Shown: positions 1 to 10,860 of the stretch, piece after piece
How the letters are laid out: each line of letters starts with the position of its first letter
How positions within the stretch are numbered: the first letter of the stretch is position 1
Notes under the pieces: model-generated
The model's input: only the letters and a program-made list of their open reading frames with translations
What the model was told of the DNA's origin: nothing
The model's database searches: none
NCBI GenBank assembly: GCA_951406725.2
Contig: OX597815.1
Coordinates: forward strand, 115,072,001 to 115,136,000
DNA: 64,000 bases
From: Octopus vulgaris
Lineage: Eukaryota
Direction: 5' to 3'
Translations under genes and position numbers: made by a program

Positions 1-349
1 TATTTATAAATATATGTGTGTGTGTAGAAAGGAGAATAAAAATTTAGACGAAATACTTTTTTCATTCTAGTGTTCATGCCAGTTATACACATCCCAATGA
101 AATTCTGAAATGTTATAGGTACTATGCATTCACCCTAGTAGAACTAGTGTGATATATTTTTTTCCAAATAGATTTAAAGTTTGAAAGTTAGTTGACTGAT
201 ATTTTATAGCAGAGTATGCATTTCTTTTGAATGTGTATATAATAATTGGTTTGTCAGTTTGTTTATACAGATTGTAGGTTATTTCTGGAGTGTCAAGATT
301 TATTTTACAGGCCTTTATCACAATGGTTGCATTTTATCAAGTTGGGCCT

Positions 350-720
350 TGTTAATTGTTTATAAGCAGTTATTTGTTCCTGTGTAAACAAGTACTGAGT
401 AATTCATAGTTGGCATTTAGATAATTTTCATTTTTGAGGAATATGGCAATCTTCTCCATCAAATGAAGTTGGCACTGGCATTTCAGTGTTTATAGGCCAG
501 TACAGAACCTAAGATCAACCATATATTTTAAAGGTGCTATCATTGGTTTTCTGTAGCTGCCAAATGTAATTTGATAGGCTTGTGGAGTGTTTCCTGTCTG
601 AGTTGATTAGTTGATACCTACGTGAACAGTACCTTGATTTGAAAGTGTTTCTTGTTGCTCTGATATAAGACTTTTGTTCAGATTTATTGGTCAACTGAAC
701 TTAAGCATGGATTATTACTG
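350..720 (-). mobile_element. Degenerate Penelope-like element, GIY-YIG endonuclease C-terminal region
   Basis: Manual minus-strand translation gives KSYIRATRNTFKSRY...HSTSLSNYIWQL...CQLHLMEKIAIF...YLNANYELLSTCLHRNK. This matches the PLE endonuclease pattern YIG.T...FK.RY..H...T.LS..IW.L...C.LC..EK...LN...EL.S.C.H.NK. Stops and frameshifts are present. Confidence 0.7.
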
Positions 721-729
721 GATTATTCA

Positions 730-1123
730 GAACTGCTGCGCTTGAGGAGACCTATTGAGTCAAGTACATCAACATCAAAATAAAAATCATATGGAAATTG
801 TAGTTGCAATACCTGTGCCGGTGGCACGTAAAAAGCACTATCCGAACATAGCTGATGCCAGCACCGCCTTGACTGACTTCTGTGCTGGTGACACATAAAA
901 AGCACCAACCGATCATGGCTGTTGCCAGCCTCCCCTGGCACCTGTGCCAGTGGCATGTAAAAAACACCCACTACACACACGGAGTGGTTGACGTTAGGAA
1001 GGGCATCCAGCCATAGAAACACTGCCAGATCAGACTGGAGCCTAGTGCAGCCTCCTGGCTTCCCAGACCATGGTCGAACTGTCCAACCAATGCTAGCATG
1101 GAAAACAGACGTTAAACGATGAT
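730..1123 (+). mobile_element. 5'-truncated RTE LINE 3' UTR copy (or RTE-derived SINE) ending in a (GAT)n tail
   Basis: Same sequence as the 3' UTR of the RTE at 16500-17243 (ggagtggttg.cgttaggaagggcatccagc...gctagcatggaaa.c.gacgttaaacgatgat). Confidence 0.8.
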
Positions 1124-1149
1124 ATATATATATATCATCAATCTTTAAA

Positions 1150-2035
1150 TACTATCCTTGTGTTAGGGTACCTTTTGCTGTGGGTGGCTGGGTATTTTGC
1201 AGCACTGTATAATGCTAATCAGTATGGTCCATTGTCATTTCTTTAGTGAGGGGTAGCATCTTTTGGTCAGCCTTCACCATATCCTTCTAAGTTTTTCTTG
1301 GGCTCTCTTTTCTGTAAATTCCAGTAACTTTGAGTGCTTGGTACTTCATTATGCAGCAGTCATACTCCATGCATGTCATTTGCATATCCAGTACAGTCTT
1401 CTTTCTTGTGCAAATAATTAATTCCTCTTATACACAATTTTTCTTTGAGATCTGTCTGGTATTCATGCACACAAGCATTACACATCCAGTGAAGCATGCT
1501 TGCTTCATATGATATATTTATTGTTGATTCTCACTTTACTTACTGCACCTTTGTACATAGCTTGTACAGCTCTCATAAGTCATTCATCTACACCTAGTTT
1601 CCTTAGTGATCACCACATTACAGTATGTAGCACCCTGTCAAAGACCTTTTTCAAGTGAGCAAAGGTCAAGTATAGTGGGTTACTCTTAGCCAAGTATTTC
1701 TCCTGCAGTTGTCTCTCTAAGAAGACTGAATCTATAGTACCTCTTCCAGGCATGAAACTAATCTGCATTTCATTTATGCTAACCGTTTTTGATCAATTGT
1801 TCTTGATTTCTTCTGGTCCAACAATTTGATGCCTCTGTAACATCTTTTCTCTAAAGTATCTCTTTTGCCTTTGTAGCAGTTGACAATGATATTGCTACAC
1901 CAGTCAGTGGGTGTGACACTTTCCTGTATTACTCAACCTTTTGGATGGTCATCATCTATCCTTCTTCATCAGATATTTTGAGTATCTTAGAACTTATTCC
2001 TGATGGACTAGCAGTTTTCTCTATTTTTATGTCCT
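1150..2035 (-). mobile_element. Degenerate RTE-clade LINE RT fragment
   Basis: The reverse complement is recognisably homologous to the RT at 14803-16496 (e.g. LQEKYLAK.N PLYL.F..L.K.FDRV; GPSGI..K.LK). Many stops and deletions. Confidence 0.75.
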
Positions 2036-2229
2036 CAGTATATATAAGATGCTTAAAAGTGTGGCAAACTGGAAAGCTTCTGGGTCAATAGCATTCAGGG
2101 ATTCTCCAAGCAAGCACAAGTATACATAACCTTTCTTTTTATTGACTACACAGAAAATTGAAGGCCAACATTATTGATGTATGAAAAGACAGTTTCAATG
2201 CAGAAGGATAAAGAAAATAGAGAAGTCAG

Positions 2230-2510
2230 TAATTAAAGGCCTATTACATGTTTACTCGGAAAACTGCTAACTGGTCTCATAGCAAATGAATTGTATAGTT
2301 TTCTGGAGATAAGGAAACAAGTACAAGAAGAATAAAAATAATGAAAGAAAAAAAACTAACAAAAAGAACAGTTGATCTCTTGTATTTCAATAGAATTATA
2401 CCAAACGAAATGCAGATAAGAAAGAACTTAGCTGTTGGTTGGATATATTATGAGAAAACATACAATAATGTAATACATTGTTGGCTTTTGGAGAGCCTGA
2501 GGACACTTCA
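2230..2510 (+). mobile_element. Degenerate R4/Dong-like non-LTR RT fragment
   Basis: Translates to RPITCLLGKLLTGLIANELYSFLE...KNLAVGWIYYEKTYNNVIHCWLLESL. Compare the R4/Dong motifs YRPITCL...KNL..AWIDY.KA.DSV.H.W. Confidence 0.6.
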
Positions 2511-2929
2511 TCGTAGTGAAGCCTAGAATCAAAACCTTAAAGCTTTAGTAACTCACGTAAAAAGACAACGTGGTATCAATGCAAGCAATCACAGCCAGAG
2601 AGGCAGAAAGGTGGCCAAGAATGCTAGGTGTGCAGCATACACTTTTGTGCAGATGCAGACAACAAGCCCGTCAAGAAGACAATGGCTGCAGCTCAATTCA
2701 GGTTAAAGGAATTATTGACTTAAAGAACAGAGTATTTTCCCTGCCTCTCATGCAAAGCCATTTTTTATTTTCTGTTATTAATGTAACTACAAACTAATCT
2801 CTACTTCTGGCACAACATATTACTTGCAAGCTATGTAAATATTGTGATATATTTCTGTAAAAATACATGTTAATTGAATAATGTTAGAAGTTGGCTTCAA
2901 TATGGAACAGTATGCAACCTAAATATTAT

Positions 2930-3994
2930 ACCAATACAGGGATGACCTTTTTAACTGGTTGAAATCCTTCATTCTCAACCGAAAGGAGGTAGTCACAGTT
3001 CTAGGACAGCATTCTACACCATATGAGATGTCATCGGGTGTACCACAGGGATCTGTCCTTGGTCCCCTCTTGTTTGTGGCATACATTAATGACATAGATG
3101 CAAATTTAAAGAATGCCACAGTATTAAAATATGCAGACGACATCAAGCTGTACCTTGAAATCAAGAGGACAGATCCTGTTGTCTACAGCTCTTTCCTGCA
3201 ATCAGACCTGGACACAATGCAGCAATGGATCACAGACCGGCAACTGAAACTGGCTGTGGACAAGTGTACCACCATGCATTTTGGGAGAAAAAACCCTGCG
3301 TCCACATACTCCCTCCACAACACTGATATCAATAAATCCTTATGTGAGCGTGACCTAGGCATCACTGTCAGCAGTGATTTGCGTTGGACAAAGCATATCT
3401 CTAAAATTGTCAAGAAGGCCGAGGGTGTCTTGACATCACTCAGCAAGACTTTTGTTAGCCGCTCTCCAGCCATCTATTTAAAACTGTATACAGCTATGGT
3501 ACGACCACACTTGGAATTCGCATCATCAGTTTGGAACCCCTATCTTGCTCAGAACATTGACCTCCTGGAATCTGTTCAGAGACGTGCAACCAAACGCATA
3601 CCCTCCATCAGACACCTACCGTATTCTGAGCGCCTTGTTTCCCTGGGCATGGATTCACTGAAGCTCCGGCGTCTGGCGACGGACTTGGTAAACGCCCACA
3701 AAGTTGTCAACCACCTCACCAATAACAACACTGAACACCTTTTTGATCTCCATATGTCTAACACACGTGGACATGCCTACAAAGTCAGAAAACAACACAG
3801 CTCCCATGACTTTCGGAAACATTTCTTCACGCTCAGAGTTGCTGAAGCATGGAATAAACTGCCTGCGTCAGTTGTTGACTGCCATGACACTGCATCCTTT
3901 AAGGCCCTCATGCTTTCCGAAATCCGTCGAAACTACACCTGATTGTTTATGCACTTTAGATGAGTTGTAGTGCACCTGAGCACTGTACACAATG

Positions 3995-4025
<31 letters not shown>
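2930..4025 (+). mobile_element. 5'-truncated CR1/L2-group LINE: intact 3' part of ORF2 (RT), short 3' UTR, (ATT)n tail
   Basis: ORF 2959-3942 has SGVPQGSVLGPLLF, KYADD, RPHLEFASSVWNP, LESVQRRATK, TRGH and FF..RV...WN.LP. An (att)n tail lies at about 3997-4025. Confidence 0.92.
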
Positions 4026-4026
<1 letters not shown>

Positions 4027-6729
4027 ATCAAGACCTATTTACTTTACACTCCACAGAGTCAATGAGAAAACCGATAATATAACTTGAACGTCTTAAAAAA
4101 GACGTGTTTTCATATTTTGTTGTATGCATATTAACAAGATTAGCAAATAAGTTTTCCATATAATTTTTCTAAATTTCTAAGTGCGCAAAATTTGTTCACA
4201 TTAATCATTTGATCTTTCGGAAATCACAAAGTGGTAGTTTGATCTGCAAGAAATAGTAGTCAAATCTCCTCCCTCTGCATCACACTTTGCTGCTTTAAAG
4301 CAACAAAAGTCTTCGGATAATGTATACAGTATGCTTGGTGGGATGGGAGACAGAACGGTCACAGCTAGATTGTCTTTTTGTAGTTTTTGAACAAACAAAT
4401 GCAACTTGTATCTCTCACTAAGCCAAAAGTTATCTGTACAAAGCTTCTCTTCTGAGGTCGCTCGACCCGCTAAAAGCATGGCATAGTATAGTAATCTTTA
4501 ATTCTTACATTCCAAACAAACAACGAACTTCTGTGCCATAATACTTACATAGGTATCTGTAATTTAGATGTAACCAAATAGAATCTCTATCGCATAAAGC
4601 ATACTCGACAACATGATTGTATTTGTATTTTAACTGTGGCTGGTAATGCTACTATGACAACGGTGTCGAACAAAATATAGTTCAGCTTTCGATTTTATCC
4701 GAATGTTAAAACAAGTTTATTTAATAATACATAATTTTTAATAAAGCGAATGGAAATTATTTCTGTAAAATAAACTCCAGAGAACGTTCCCACATAAAAG
4801 AAATGTGTTAAGTGTGCAATAATTATTGCCTGGCGAGCAGCAGGAGTACACATCATATTTGTTAGCATTTATTTATTTATTTATTTGTTCATTTACTCAC
4901 CCATTCACTCATTCTTTCAAATGAGTCGGTCGCTGCACTGCATTCAAGACAAAAATTGCGCTATTTCATGTTGGTCCAGTAGTCTCTTTCACTTGTCTGA
5001 TTTATTGAACGCAAAGAGACACCTTCACACATATACTGATTGATATACTGTGTTGTGAAATATTTAAATATTCTTAGAATAATTTACAAAAGTAAATGAG
5101 CAATCAAATTCTTAAATACAGTAAATACTGGTGAATTATAATTTTTCTCCGAACTGTGGCATTTGAGCTCTTTCGAAGAAGCCAGGCTGCTGACAACGAA
5201 AATGTTGACATCATTGGTATCACGTCTCAACGTAGATGATGCTCACGAGGATTGCTTGGCTGTTTTAACCTCGCGATCATCCATTGTAATGCCGCGAGGG
5301 TTTGAGATTACATAAAATGTTTTTGAAGATGAAAATACCAGTATTCTTTGTTGTAGTGTCTAATTGAGGGACTGTGTATGTTTTTCTTTTTTTCTTCATT
5401 TCTGTTGGTATTTACAATTTACTTTTGTAAATTTTTTTATCTTAGGTCTTGGTTCAGCATTTACATTATTTTTTCTGGTTGCACTGCTACAGGAGCTACT
5501 AAATTGTCTTCAGACTTTCCAGAAATAAGTCACTTTTCTTTAAATCACAGCCTAACAGGTTTAAAAAACGAAACATTAAATAAGGAAGTCTAAGATATAG
5601 TTAGGTTGAGAAAAATATTGACGATCATGACTGGAAATCCCTTTAAAATAATGTCTGCTCAGTCCAATCTGAGCTGAAGTTAAACAACGAGAATTCAACA
5701 GCGCTTCAATTATTTTGAAGTATAGCAACGTTTATGTGAACGCATGTTTTCATTCGATTTAAACCTTTGTTTTATAATGTTTTTAAATAGTCATGAGATC
5801 TCACGAGTGAAGGCAGCGGTAGGGTGTAGTCGATTAAATCGATATCAATCTCTTAACGATACCCATACTTTGTTTTGTCAACTCCCAGAACGGTATGCAA
5901 TAGAGGATGGTATAATTGGTTGCTATTTTTACCGGTTTTATATGCGAATGGGAGAACAACAATGTGGCAGCAATTTTAATTTTATAAAACAAAATTTTTT
6001 AAAAAATGTACTTTTTCATTTTTGCATTGCCCGGATAGACCATAATTGGAGCAACTGACTATTCGCTTTTTTAATTTTTTTCCTTCGAAGACGCCACTAT
6101 TGAATAACCTTTTCCTTGCATGAAATCATCATTTTAGATAGTTTCCAATAACAATACACGTTTAAACTGAACGATAAATCACTTCACTGTATATCCATTA
6201 GTTTCCAATAACACACATTATTTTATTTTGTTTTTGGATTTGGTTTGTAAGATTCTTTATATGAGTTCGTGTGTTGAAGCATTATTTTCTTTTCTGTTTA
6301 GCCCAGTAACATTATCCACTGTTGCTTATATGTGATACTCAAGAGGAACTTCAATTTAAGAAATTATGTAACGTTATTTCTTCAATACAGAATTATGCAT
6401 TTACAGGCATGAAGCATTTTCTACTTTAAAAAAAAAGTAATTTGAAATTTGCTTTTTTCCTTATGCATTGCTATTAGATCTATACCTCACTTCACTTTGG
6501 AAGAACATCTTTTATGGAACTACTTTGAATTTTAGAACCACTATGCAGGGACTGGTACTACTGTGTTTTTCTTTTTCACTTTCTCTCATTATTTTCTTCC
6601 TTCTTCTTATTCTTTTTCTCTTTTTGTTGCATGAGATAGTAAAATAATTAATTACACCTCACTTATATGTATATATTTGCGGAAAATTTTTTTATTTATT
6701 TAATTGTTTATAGGGTCATTGAACAATAT

Positions 6730-7195
6730 ACTAACTTGAAATGTCAATGAAAGCCTCATCACAGATTTTCCCCCTTAATTGTTGCCACATGAACTCGTCT
6801 AAATGAGATAGCAGCATCTCTTCTCAAGTTCCGTTCATATGTTTCAATTGCTGTTTCATTTCCTTCCAAAATGTTCTGCATGATTTGTACATGCTCCATT
6901 CATGTCAAATGGTGAAATGGTGGTTGGTATCACGGATTACATTTATTCCGTTGTAAGCACTAACAGTCCATATAGATTTCTGTTCCAAGAATAACATTTT
7001 CCTAAATCAAAGGTAGTAATGATGATGCCGACCTATCCGGAACAAAACAAATAAATCCAAGGCCTGTTGTGGCCTTCTCTCCAAATAACCATTTTTGAGG
7101 AATCACACGTCCGATATGGCATTTTGTTTTTGAAACGACATTCTAATCTCTAATTCAACTACATATCCCAACATCACCTATCTGATAGGGACTGT
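6730..7195 (-). mobile_element. Merlin (IS1016/IS1595-like) DDE transposase remnant
   Basis: Manual minus-strand translation gives ...VVSKTKCHIGRVIPQKWLFG...GLGFICFVPDRSASSLLPLI*ENVILGTEIYMDC...FWKEMKQQLKHMNGT*EEMLLSHLDEFMWQ. This matches Merlin motifs (K...GR....W.FG; V.DR.A.TL.P.I...V..GT.I..D; L..YL.EF.W). Confidence 0.75.
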
Positions 7196-7599
7196 TCACT
7201 AAGTCTTTGAGAAGGTTTAAAAATTCATTTAGGAGCATAATGAAAAAATGGGGAAATTGATTGTATTATTTCATATATATATATATATTTGGATTAACTC
7301 TGGTGCCTTAAGTTTTGTGAGGGTCCTTAATTTAGCCCGTTGTAGTTGATAAAAAACTAAGGAACAGTAACAAAAAGAGAAAGAAAAAAAAGGAAGGGGT
7401 TAGTAATAGAAAGTGAAACAAAGAAACAATAACAATCAATACATTCTGTTTAATCGGGTGTCCTGGAATATCACAGTATCACAGGGACTATGGGAGATGA
7501 GTGGTGAGAGTACATTGTATATAGGTCTAAGAATTTCTTGAGATTTCAGATTATATTTGCACACACGGAAGTCTAGCATTCACAGAAGAGAGTGGGGCG

Positions 7600-7822
7600 A
7601 AAGAAACTTTCTACTCTAGGCTTAACGTCCGAAATGTTTGGGAAGCGTTGGGGAGGGCAGTCGATTAGATCGACCTCAGTATACAGCTGGTACTTAATTT
7701 ATCAACCCCCGAAAGGAAGAAAGACAAAATCGACCTCAGCGGAATTTGAACTCAGAACGTAAAAGACAGACGAAATACTGCATTTCGCCCGGGTTGCTGA
7801 CGTTTCTGCCAGCTCGCCGCCT
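7600..7822 (-). mobile_element. tRNA-derived SINE with a CORE-like segment; other copies at about 17900-18108(-), 23795-23995(-), 34020-34200(+), 43925-44120(+), 46890-47090(+), 59318-59525(+)
   Basis: Head ggcg.gagctggcagaaacgt.agc, B-box gagttcaaattcc, then gcctttcatcctttcggggtcgat.aaataagtaccag. Recurs across the window. Confidence 0.8.
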
Positions 7823-8114
7823 TTAAACTTCGTAATCTCTGATGAAATTCTTGTCACAGGCCATGCCATGTGAGCGGAAGAAAAAGTATTTAGAGAAAAG
7901 AAAAGGTATTGTAATTAATTTAGAGTTATTTCTGCGCATCCATATTTTTTTTACAAGTGTATGACTGAAGTAGAACTTTTTAAATAAAATATTTCCACAT
8001 TTAGATTTGTATATTTTTGTGTAGCATTTTAAATGAATACGAAACTTTTATTTAAATAATCTCCTCTTTTATAACACTTTAAAACTTCAATTCTGAAAGA
8101 ATAGTCAGCTCTTT

Positions 8115-8128
8115 GTTGCTATGACAAC
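8115..8128. promoter_or_regulatory. RFX X-box-like motif GTTGCTATGACAAC
   Basis: Near-palindromic 14-mer fitting the RFX X-box consensus. A related copy lies at 4648-4661. Confidence 0.4.
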
Positions 8129-8729
8129 GGTGTCAGACAAAACATATCTCAAAACTGCCATAAAATTAAATAGAGCTACTTCTCTCTGCTACTTCTGCGA
8201 TCTAAATTTCATTCAACCTATCAATAATTTCACTGAGAGGTCATTGAAAAAAAAAAAAAAAAAGAATTAAATAAACAAAAATGTATTTTTAAATATGTCC
8301 CCAACATTTTGAACAAATTTTTTAAAGGAATCTTTTATGAACCCTGTATTTGGCAATGATTGATGTGCGTGAAATTGGAGATTGATGGAAATTGGCTGTT
8401 TCGTAAACATTAATTTGGAAAAAGAAAATTATTTCGTTCTGTAAGTAAAAGAACATGCGATTCTTTTCTTTTCCAGAATTTGATTATATTCATTATATTT
8501 GGACTGTTTTCTTGTTAGTAAGTGATTCCCCATTCCTATAAAAACAGACAGTTTTCCTACCGACCAAGTAACAAAAAAGAAAAAGAATAATTAGATTTCA
8601 GATCTCATTGGTAAAATAAATAAATTGCTTTTCGTTCTTTCCAAACACACATACGCATCGGGTTATATTATATTTAGTCTCACAGTTGAAATTAGCTTGA
8701 CGCATGCACGCGCGCACACACACACACAG

Positions 8730-9662
8730 AGGCATACCTACACAAGTGTGCAACCTTCGACTTCATTTACTTATAACTTTCAGAAAAATTGATTTTTATT
8801 AATGAAATTGGATCTTTTCCTTTTGAATGGCAGTTTTCAACACAATTTCTAGTTAACTAAACACTTTTAAACTTCGTATACTGGTAGAATGTGTCAAAAT
8901 AAAACATTTTTTTGGAGCTTTTCGGTTTGAACGGCACATGTCAACACAATTTCTAGTTAACTAAACACTTTTAAACTTCGTATACTGGTAGAATGTTTCA
9001 AAATAAAACATTTTTCTGGAGCTTTTCGGTTTGAACGGCACATGTCAACACAATTTCTAGTTAACTAAACACTTTTAAACTTCGTATACTGGTAGAATGT
9101 GTCAAAATAAAACATTTTTTCTCTTGGCTTTCTTGAGAAAATTGTAATTTGTAAGTTTAACGTAGTTTAATTTTTCGAATTTTAACCAATGAATCGCCTC
9201 TATTTAGCTAAAGTCATTTGCTGCGTCTAAAACAGACAACTAGAAATTGTGTTGAAAACTGCCGTTCAAAAGGAAAATAATGCCTCTCAGATGGCGTAGA
9301 CTATGATATGTATGTGGGCGCGCACACATACATATTGTCGCATCACAATTGTTTTTTTCAAAATTTCAGGTTTCGTTATGTTGGTATTTATGTAATGTTG
9401 GTCAGTATATATGTGTGTGCACCTACCAATTTTCTGCGGAGGTAAAGAATACGCACACCACCTGTTTACGGCGTAACAAAGACCCTAACCCTAAACACCG
9501 GGTGCGCGTATCTTTTACTTTCATCCCAATTTTCCCCCACATTTAATTCCGATACAATCATAACCTACACCATCTGAAAGATATTCAAAACACATTTCAT
9601 TACCTGTTTTTCTGAAAGTTATAAGGAAACAAAGTCAGTGGCATACTTGTGTAGGTTTGCCT
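8730..9662. mobile_element. Unclassified non-autonomous DNA transposon with ~55-bp imperfect TIRs
   Basis: Left end aggcatacctacacaagtgtgc...cttataactttcagaaaaa. Right end tttttctgaaagttataagg...gcatacttgtgtaggtttgcct is its reverse complement. Confidence 0.7.
8812..9278. mobile_element. Nested TIR element with an internal 104-bp tandem repeat (about 3 copies); related copy at about 10871-11260
   Basis: TIRs ttttccttttgaa(t/c)ggcagtttt / aaaactgccgttcaaaaggaaaa. The unit caacacaatttctag... starts at 8838, 8942 and 9046. Confidence 0.7.
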
Positions 9663-10089
9663 ATATATATAGGTGTGTGTGTTAATATCTATAAAATACA
9701 ATATTTTAGACCCATTTCGGCCGGTTCAACCAATCTGTTCCACACACTTGAGTTAGGGAAAATCCCCATCCCACCATTCATTACGCACACACACTCACAC
9801 AACAGGCTTCTTTCGGTTTCCGCCCACCAAATTTACTCACAAGGCTTTGGTCGGCCTAAAGTTATAATAGAAGCCACTTTCTCAAGTTACCACACAGTGG
9901 AACTGAGTCCGGTACAATATGATTTGGAAGTAAGCTTCTTATCACACAGCCGCGCCTGTGTGTGTGTCTGTGTATACACGTGTATGTACTTCACATATTA
10001 AACACTCTGAGTGAAAGCTAGTGAGAGCCAGAGATCTTAAATGCAGATGGACTGTAGTTAGACGTTGTACTCTGAAGTAGCTGGCAACA

Positions 10090-10860
10090 CACACAAAAGG
10101 GTACCGAAAAGAAATTTTGCAATATTATTTAATTCATTTAGTTTTACATGTTTACACTTATATCGTCTTCGAAGTGTTCTCCATTTGAAGCAATGCATCG
10201 GTCCAGACGTATTTTCCACTCTTCGAAGCAGTGCTGGAACTCTTGCGAAGTGATGCCTTTTAATGCCTCTGTCGTTTTTTCTTCACCTCTTCCACAACTG
10301 CAAATTCCATAGCACCAGCTTTCGTCACCAGTGATAACTTTCGAAAAAGAAGTCCGGATCAACTTATAATTGTTCTTTTAGTTTACGACATGCATTCAGC
10401 CGTGATTGCTTTTGATCTTCCTTGAGCAAGCTGCAACTCTTTTCATTCTCAATTCCTCGCACAAAATTCGTTGGCAAGACCTCCAGGACACACTAGTCAC
10501 ATCAACAAGTTCATCAATTGTTCAGCGACGGTCCTCCAAGATCAGTTTATTAATTTTCATTCGTTCGGGAGGTGGACGCTCATCTTGAATGTGGTTGGCC
10601 TTTAAGCGACAAGTGACCATTGCTAAAGTCGTGGCAGCGTCCTTGTAAGCTGTTTAAAGCATGACAACTGCTTCGGCCACCATTTTCCGCAGCAGAAAAC
10701 GGAATTTCACGGAAAACACGCTGTTCTTTCGTTTCAGCCGTCGCAAAAATCGACGAACAAGGGAGAAGCACCACGTTGGAGTATGATCATAGCGGACAAC
10801 ACCGGTCGGCAGACTGATGCCTGAGAATCGCATCAAGTGACTTCTAGCAGCGGAAGCCTG
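10090..10860 (-). mobile_element. Internally deleted mariner transposase remnant
   Basis: Contains N-terminal EQRV..KF.FLL.K..AE.V.ML and ITGDESWCYG, fused to C-terminal FQHCFEEWKIRLDRCIASNGEHFE. Confidence 0.8.

Noticed and set aside
5100-5700. Exon-like CpG-containing sequence with an acceptor at about 5445
   Set aside because: The frames examined are short or stop early, with no recognisable homology.
8826-9120. Regularly spaced repeats resembling a CRISPR array
   Set aside because: The units are head-to-tail copies with no unique spacers, the context is eukaryotic, and there are no cas genes.
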